From: Histomonas meleagridis 2922-C6/04-290x
Lineage: Eukaryota; Protista; Parabasalia
Length of the DNA: 64,000 nucleotides
Direction: 5' to 3'
Assembly (NCBI GenBank): GCA_020184695.1
Contig: JAANOX010000273.1
Location: forward strand, 286,928-350,927
Below the pieces are notes generated by a model, which was given only the letters and a program-made list of their open reading frames with translations, was not told the origin of the DNA and did not search any database. Shown here piece after piece: positions 59,055 through 64,000 of the stretch (positions within the stretch are counted from its first letter, which is position 1; each line of letters opens with the position of its first letter). The position numbers and the translations under genes were made by a program.

Positions 59055-59602
59055 TCAGGATATGATTGGGTGTGTTGATGAAACATCATTCGAGGTGGGT
59101 TACGTCGATGTAAGAGGTTGGGGGTGAAGGATCATTAAGATTGAAAAATTATAAAACTATCAAAGGATTTCATTATACTGCTCTACCCGCAATTAGTTCG
59201 ACTGGTATGCAATATTGTTTATTCATTAGAGGATTTGTAACAGGTGAGATATTTGAAGCTTTCCTTAAATATCTACTCAAAAAAATACATTTTAAAGAAA
59301 ATATTGTGTTTTGGATGGACAATGCATCAATTCACAAACATGCGAAAGAAATGTTAAGTGGAACAAATCACAAAGTAGTTTATAATGCTGCTTATTCTCC
59401 AGATTTAAATCCGATCAAAAATGTAATAGGAATTTAGAAAGAATTGATTCGAAAAACAGTGGTTAAATTCGATGATGAATCAGAAATCATAGAGTTAATT
59501 GCAAAAACATTCGGGCAAGTTCATGTCGCAGATATACCAGCAGCAATGGAACATGTTAGAAATGATGTATTTCATAAAGTTCAAAATGAAGAAGACCTGT
59601 AA
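59055..59602 (+). pseudogene. Tc1/IS630 (DDE_3) transposase catalytic domain, inactivated
   Basis: VDETSFE, WMDNASIH and AYSPDLNPIK (catalytic E changed to K), with TGG to TAG and frameshifts. Confidence 0.88.
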
Positions 59603-59649
59603 TAGAAACATATTATATAAAGAAAATAATTGAAAAAATAAAACAATTA

Positions 59650-61032
<1,383 letters not shown>

Positions 61033-61930
61033 AGGACTATTGGGAGGGGGAGATAAGATTAAAAAATGAAGATTGAATGAACAATTGCCAGGAAAATATT
61101 ATATTGAGGTTTTAATTGATTTCTCAATATTTTTGAATTGAAATCACTATCAAAATATTCAATCGAATTCTATATCATAATGAAAAAAATTTTATGCCTA
61201 TAAAGTCAATATACACAAATCTGAAAAATAAAATAAAAAAAAAATTCAGATTAATCCAACTAAAAATGAGAAAACAAAAACGCCGTGATTCGAACCAAAG
61301 ATGGCCAAATAGGGGACGAATAACGTCCTATATTTACCGCCCAAGTAGCCTAATCAATTTGACTAATTCACACACTCAAATAAACTGTAAAATATGTATA
61401 ATATAACGTTTGATGTACATTACACATGTAAAACTCTGTAAATATATATTTAAATTATATATAATGCATAATTCATGCAATAAATTTTTGAATGATCAAA
61501 AAAGTGACGAGAAATATTTTCATCACTAAAAAAGCAGAAAGAAGTGATAATATTTCAATTGATGGCTGTTTTACAATACTCAGTTTAAATTAAGTCGTAT
61601 TACTACAAATCTTATATAAATAATTAAAAAACAATTTATTTATTCATCAAAATCCATATGTCCTAATTTTGTGTTGTAAACTTTTCAGATATGGATATTT
61701 AGTTTTGATTTCGTAATACCCTGTTTTTCTGCCTGTGTGTAAATATTTTAATTTCGGGTATTTGTCTCAGGGGTATCTTGTTTTGCACGCGTCACTTTTT
61801 CGATACTTTGTTTTGAGATCAATAAATTTACTTTTGCATTAGGGGTAATCGGTTTTGCAGACGGTTTGTAAACTTATCAATTTCGGATATTTTATTTTGC
61901 TGACCTTATAATTTCAATTGCAACGAGCTG

Positions 61931-62993
61931 TATGCATATAGTAATTATTTGTTACAATATTCTGGTAAATTTCCTCATGACAATACATATAAAAATTATA
62001 ATATTTATGAAGATTCTAAGAATTCACCTTATATTAACACAGGTTTCAAATCTCGTTCGAAAAACAAATATTTATTTGATAACTATTTACTTCCATATCA
62101 TATTGATTATTCAAAATTAGATCCACAATTTAAACCTAATATAAATTATTTTCCTTATAAAAGAAATAAAAAATATCAACTAAAATATATTGGTAATAAT
62201 GGTGAATATCAAATGGATTTATTTTTTTCTGGTTATGATGAAACCACTAAAACAGAAACAAAATATTGTTATTTATTAGCAGTTGAAGTTAGGTCTAGAT
62301 TTTTATTTTATGCCTATACTAATACAAAAATAAATGATAAAATAACTACAAAGAAATCAATAGAATCTATAGCTAAAGCTTTATTTATATTATATAATGC
62401 AGGATTTAATCCTAAAATTATACATTGTGATTCTGAAAAAACATTTTTATCAAAACCTTTACAATATATAGCAGCACATTTATCTGGTGTAAAAATAATT
62501 CCAGTAAAAAGAATAATTTTTAGAAGATAAATCTTATCCTATTCATATTACTTCTTTAGCTATAATAAATAGAATTTGTAGAACTATTAGAGATATGGCT
62601 GATAATATGGGTTTAAAAGAAATAGATCCATATCATATGAAGAAAATTGTCGGTAATTATAATAATACTTATCATAAAACATTAAGTCAATTAAATCACA
62701 TAAAAATTTCACCAATAGAAACTTTTAATCAAGGAAAATCTTTTGGTTTAGAGTTACATAAATTAAATGATAAAATTATAAATCAAGAAGGATTTTATTT
62801 ACCTCCTGGTACAACAGTAACAGTTTATAATACAGATCAATTAAAAAAGAGATCAAAAATATTATCAGATATTTTTATAGTAGATAATTTCGAAAAAGGT
62901 AAATATAATATTCATAATGAAAAAGGAATAAAAATGTCAGTACCAAGATATTTATTAAATCCTGTGCCTTATCCTATCAATTTTAATAAATAA
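61931..62993 (+). pseudogene. Maverick/Polinton retroviral-like (c-)integrase, one homopolymer frameshift
   Basis: YQMDLFF, LLAVEVRSRF, IIHCDSEKTF, then after a frameshift at about 62520 SLAIINRICRTIRDM...YNNTYHKTL. C-terminal chromo/SH3-like tail. Confidence 0.85.
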
Positions 62994-63889
62994 ATACTTT
63001 TTCTAATGATATATTAAATTCATCCATTAATGTGTTATATTCTTTATTATATTGAGAACTAACATCATAACCATTAATCTTAATTGAGTTAACTTTTTTA
63101 ATTAGATTTACATGCTTTAAACATCCAGGTTCAGGATCTTCATAACTTAATCTAACTTGATTAAAATCAATTTCTAAAATTAAACTTATAGCTTGTACTA
63201 AATCATTAGCATTAATTATAATTTTACCACTATTATCAATTAAATTTGCTATTAATTTCATATTATTTGTTTTTAATATCGCACTAAATGTTAAAGCTAT
63301 ATGTTTATATAAAGCACTAGCATTATCAGTATTAAGATCAGTTTCTCTTGTAATTATTTTTGATGTTTCTTCATTAACTTCAGGATAATGTGCTGGTGTT
63401 TCACTATTGTTATTATTAATAATAACTTTACAATTAGCACTAGAACTATTATGTTCAGTATTATTCTTCCTACATGGGGTGAGAAATTACTTATTTTAAT
63501 CATAAAAAATAGTGATTTTAAAAAAAAATTTTCTTTATTTAGAAACCGCGATTACTGTCAATATATGTATATAATGATGTTTTAACATCTGCAAATTTAT
63601 TCTTATCTAGTAAAATTTCAGAAACTGCTTGCTTTGAAGCGCTTGTCCAATAATTTTCTCCTGTATCTTCTCTGATATATTTCTTAGCTGTTTTCTCATC
63701 TTTAATATTTTGACCTGCCAATATCTTATTCATTCTTGTTTTTATAATGTCATTATAAAATTTAGCAGATACACTAAGTATTGGAAACATTCCTTTAATC
63801 ATAGCTAACTTTACAGGAAGTTGTTCATCATTAGCATTATTCTTTTTGATAATCTTTAAGATAATCATTATAAATTGGCTTAACAACAT
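62983..63889 (-). pseudogene. Two Maverick accessory ORFs (62983-63502 frameshifted; 63539-63889)
   Basis: Adjacent to the integrase, with the same gene order as the fragment at 14095-15049. Confidence 0.55.
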
Positions 63890-64000
63890 ATCTAGTAAAC
63901 ACTTGATTTGCTGTTCTCCTTCTTGGTTTTGTGTGTTTTATAAACATCTCTAACACCTGTATCTTGATAATACTTTAAATTAAATTTATCAACAGTATCC

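Overview
AT-rich, apparently intronless eukaryotic DNA, most consistent with a parabasalid protist (Trichomonas/Tritrichomonas/Histomonas-like). This assignment is an inference from the gene set, Inr/M3/AAAGTGAC-type promoter motifs and Maverick-type elements. Two host-gene islands are present. The first (about 0.6-11.3 kb) holds an ER Hsp70/Grp170-like gene, a Rab, a TTC13/SRFR1-like TPR gene, a Mei2-like RRM gene and a small membrane protein. The second (about 45.4-57.2 kb) holds an importin-alpha-like ARM gene, an Aquarius-like gene and a BEACH gene. Between and beyond them lies a dense, nested graveyard of mobile DNA. It contains at least five Mutator-like elements, including one with 327-bp TIRs and a perfect 9-bp TSD whose transposase is split by a 7.3-kb Merlin element with an 8-bp TSD. 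It also contains Merlin and pogo remnants, Maverick/Polinton fragments (integrase, putative major capsid), and a TA-flanked Tc1/IS630 element that carries a USP-protease fragment and sits inside the Maverick integrase gene. The most unusual content is two distinct endogenous CRESS-DNA-virus Rep pseudogenes and two copies of a tyrosine-recombinase element bounded by a 16-bp palindrome and about 65-bp repeats. One of these copies lies co-oriented and directly upstream of a Rep. All protein assignments are by motif recognition by eye; no database searches were run.
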